A stretch of 62,712 nt of DNA, filler included, from Klebsormidium nitens (lineage: Eukaryota; Plantae; Klebsormidiophyceae), in assembly GCA_000708835.1 (NCBI GenBank). It is 4 parts of 4 records of this genome, joined end to end, with 100 filler letters (N's around TTAATTAATTAA, not from the genome) between each part and the next. Parts side by side here need not be neighbours in the genome. Positions count along the whole stretch, not along the records: positions 60,602 to 62,712 come from DF238738.1; 3 more parts are not named here. The stretch is one strand, 5' to 3'. The notes under the pieces were generated by a model. The model had not been told where the DNA came from and searched no databases. It was given only the letters and a program-made list of their open reading frames with translations. Below, in pieces: positions 60,602 to 62,712 of the stretch; the stretch's first letter is position 1, and each line of letters opens with the position of its first letter. The position numbers and the translations under genes are program-made.

Positions 60602-62712
60602 GCCAAGCGCCGCGTGCATGGCACACGCGCTTGAAAGGGATGCTCGAAAACTTCGAGTACGTGGCGTCCTTTGCGCATGCGGCGCTCTTCGTGGGAGAGG
60701 TGAACGAAGAGCGGGTTTACCTTATTGTTTGGGTGGACGAGATCCTCGTCGCGGCCCGGGGATCAGAGCGGATTGCGAAGGTAAAGGCGCACTTGGGGGA
60801 CAAATTCGACATGCGGGACTTGGAGGAGGCGACGTACTTCCTCAAGATGAGTTGGTGCGCGACTGGGCGAACTTTGAAGCTCACGCAAAAAGCTTACCGG
60901 AGAGCTTGTTGGGCGGCATGGATTGACGGGCGCACTGGCGCGCTCGGTCCCCCTTGATGCGGGGGAGAAGCTGACGAGAGAGGGTGAGCCGCTTGACACG
61001 GCGAGATTTCTTTACAACGAGCTCATTGGGAGCTTGCTATACTTGTGTGTGTGCACGCGGCCCGACATTGCTCAGGCCGTGGGGCATTGGCGCGCTACAC
61101 AAGCGCGCCAACGGAGGCACATTGGGCGGCGGCGCTTGGGGTCGTGCGCTACTTGGTGGAGACCGCGGAGGACGGAATATTGTTTGGGGGGGGCGGTAGG
61201 TCCTTGAGGCGTTTTGCGATGCGGACTTTGCGGAGGACGTTGACACGAAGCGTTCCACGACCAAGTACGTCTTCCATATGTACGGGGGAGCGGTGAGTTG
61301 GTCGAGCCGTCTTCAGCCAACGGTGGCGGTTTCGACGGTGGAGGCGGAGTATATGAGTGCAGGGCGGGCAGTGAAGGAGGCGCTGTGTTAGATTTGGGCG
61401 GTACTAGCCTTGAGCACGCCCTAATATCCTATGATATATCCTCCATAGAATCGTAGGTTTGATGCATAAGGTCGGCCGTACGATTGTGAGCTTGCATGAT
61501 TGAATATCCACCGTAGGATGTGCGAAACGTGAGCCGTAGGATTGAGTCCATTGTGCATGGGTCCTTTTGTGATGTGTATTTCGGTAAAGCCGTTCGATAG
61601 GTTCTTTTGTTGCCAACGTCGAATAGGGACCGTCGATTTGTCGATTGAAACACATAGGGTAATAGCTAGGCTTGAGCTAGGCTATAAGACTTGGACTCAT
61701 GTAGCAAAAGAACCACACTCATTCCTAGTAGTTGTGCACTTGAAAGGCGCTTGCTTTCAACAAGTTGGCGAGAGACTTGGAGCTGAAACTGAGCACGGTC
61801 CAAATCTACTCCGACAACCAAGGAGCAATACGGCTCCTAAAGCATCCGATTGCTTCTCAGCGGTCGAAGCACATCGAACTCATCGACGTGATTCATCACT
61901 TCGCGCGGGAGAGGGTGGCCAGCGCGGAAGGAGATCGGGTTTGCGTACTGCCTAAGGGGGGACATGAAGGCGGACGTCCCGATTCCAAGGCGCGGGCATC
62001 GGAGACATTCTCGAAATGCAAAAGCGAGATGGGAATTGCGTAGGATACTTAGTGCGTGGGGGAGTGTTGAGATTCGGGCGGTACTTGATTGAGTACGCCC
62101 TAATATCCTAGACAATTCGTAGCCGTCGATCGAGGCTTCCGTAGCGACCGGAAGATGGCAAGTTATTTAGTAAGTTATTCATGCAAGATCGACCGTCCGA
62201 TCATGAGACGAGTCGAGTGATTTAGGAGCCCCGACCACTAGTGTGTGATAGCCCCGACCTATTGGTCCGGTACTACCGACCACCTCGGTATAGAACTACC
62301 GACCACAAGTCCGAGTGGTAATTAGCGAGTCGTATAGTAATCCAAGTGCGTCAAATAGTGCCCCGGTCACTTGGATAGGAGTTCATGTAGTTGAACCGAC
62401 TAGTGCCCGGTAGAGGTGTGTTAGAATTCGGTGATTATGGTCAGCCGAATTACTATGTGATAAGGGTTCGCCCGAGTTAGGGTTTGAACTAGTGAACGCC
62501 GACATGCGTGTACGGCGGTTGGACGGTTAAACCGTTAGGCAGTTTGGAGGTTAGGCGGTTGAGAGCGGCCGTCAGTGTTAGCCGTAGATGAGGATATCGA
62601 AGGCTAAGGTTGAGTGTGACTGTGAGCTAGGCTAGTGAGCCTAGTAGTGTGTGACTTAGGCTAGTGAGCCTAGTAGGCTAGTGAGCCTAGTGGAACGGGA
62701 GAGACCCGTAGG
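60602..62712 (+). mobile_element. Degenerate Ty1/copia 3' half (RT, RNase H, PPT, 3' LTR from 62065)
   Basis: YLIVWVDEILV, KFDMRDLE, YNELIGSLLYLCVCTRPDIAQAVG, CDADFA, VSWSSRLQPTVAVSTVEAEY, IYSDNQGAI, RSKHI. PPT GTGGGGGAG at 62056-62064 is followed by TGTTGAGA; TAGGCTAGTGAGCCTAG repeats at ~62628-62691. Confidence 0.9.
61386..61762 (+). repeat. Solo LTR of a related copia family inserted in the RNase H coding region
   Basis: Begins TGTTAGATTTGGGCGGTAC...ACGCCCTAATATCCTA, like the host 3' LTR start at 62065, and ends TTTCAACA. It splits EAL|..KLARDL. Confidence 0.75.

Overview
Eukaryotic nuclear DNA with GC-rich exons and GT-AG introns, most likely from a streptophyte green alga such as Klebsormidium (inference from the TTTTAGGG telomere, plant-type QS and RRP41L, and GC3-rich exons). 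The window is not contiguous. Three artificial 100-nt linkers (N44-TTAATTAATTAA-N44 at 26606, 43064 and 60502) join four unrelated scaffolds. Scaffold A (1-26605) is gene-rich and ends in a telomere. It holds an EsV-1-7 cysteine-repeat gene, exosome RRP41L/MTR3, SufE-NadA quinolinate synthase, a nuclear-encoded mitochondrial uL2 and a two-domain retropepsin-like protease. Two MITEs and a tRNA-derived SINE-like insert are packed into the QS/RPL2 divergent intergenic region. Scaffold B (26706-43063) is almost exactly one ~16.3-kb DNA transposon and is the most interesting object here. It starts with CACTG, has colinear imperfect TIRs and TCAAC subterminal repeats, encodes an apparently intact spliced Plavaka-type (CACTA/EnSpm-related) transposase, and carries cargo genes: a non-RD protein kinase and orphan genes. 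Scaffold C (43164-60501) is a three-layer retrotransposon nest: a Gag-PR-only copia inside the LTR of a chromovirus, which sits inside an older gag-like ORF. Scaffold D (60602-62712) is a decayed copia RT/RNase H region with a related solo LTR inserted. All family assignments come from motif recognition by eye; no database search was run.
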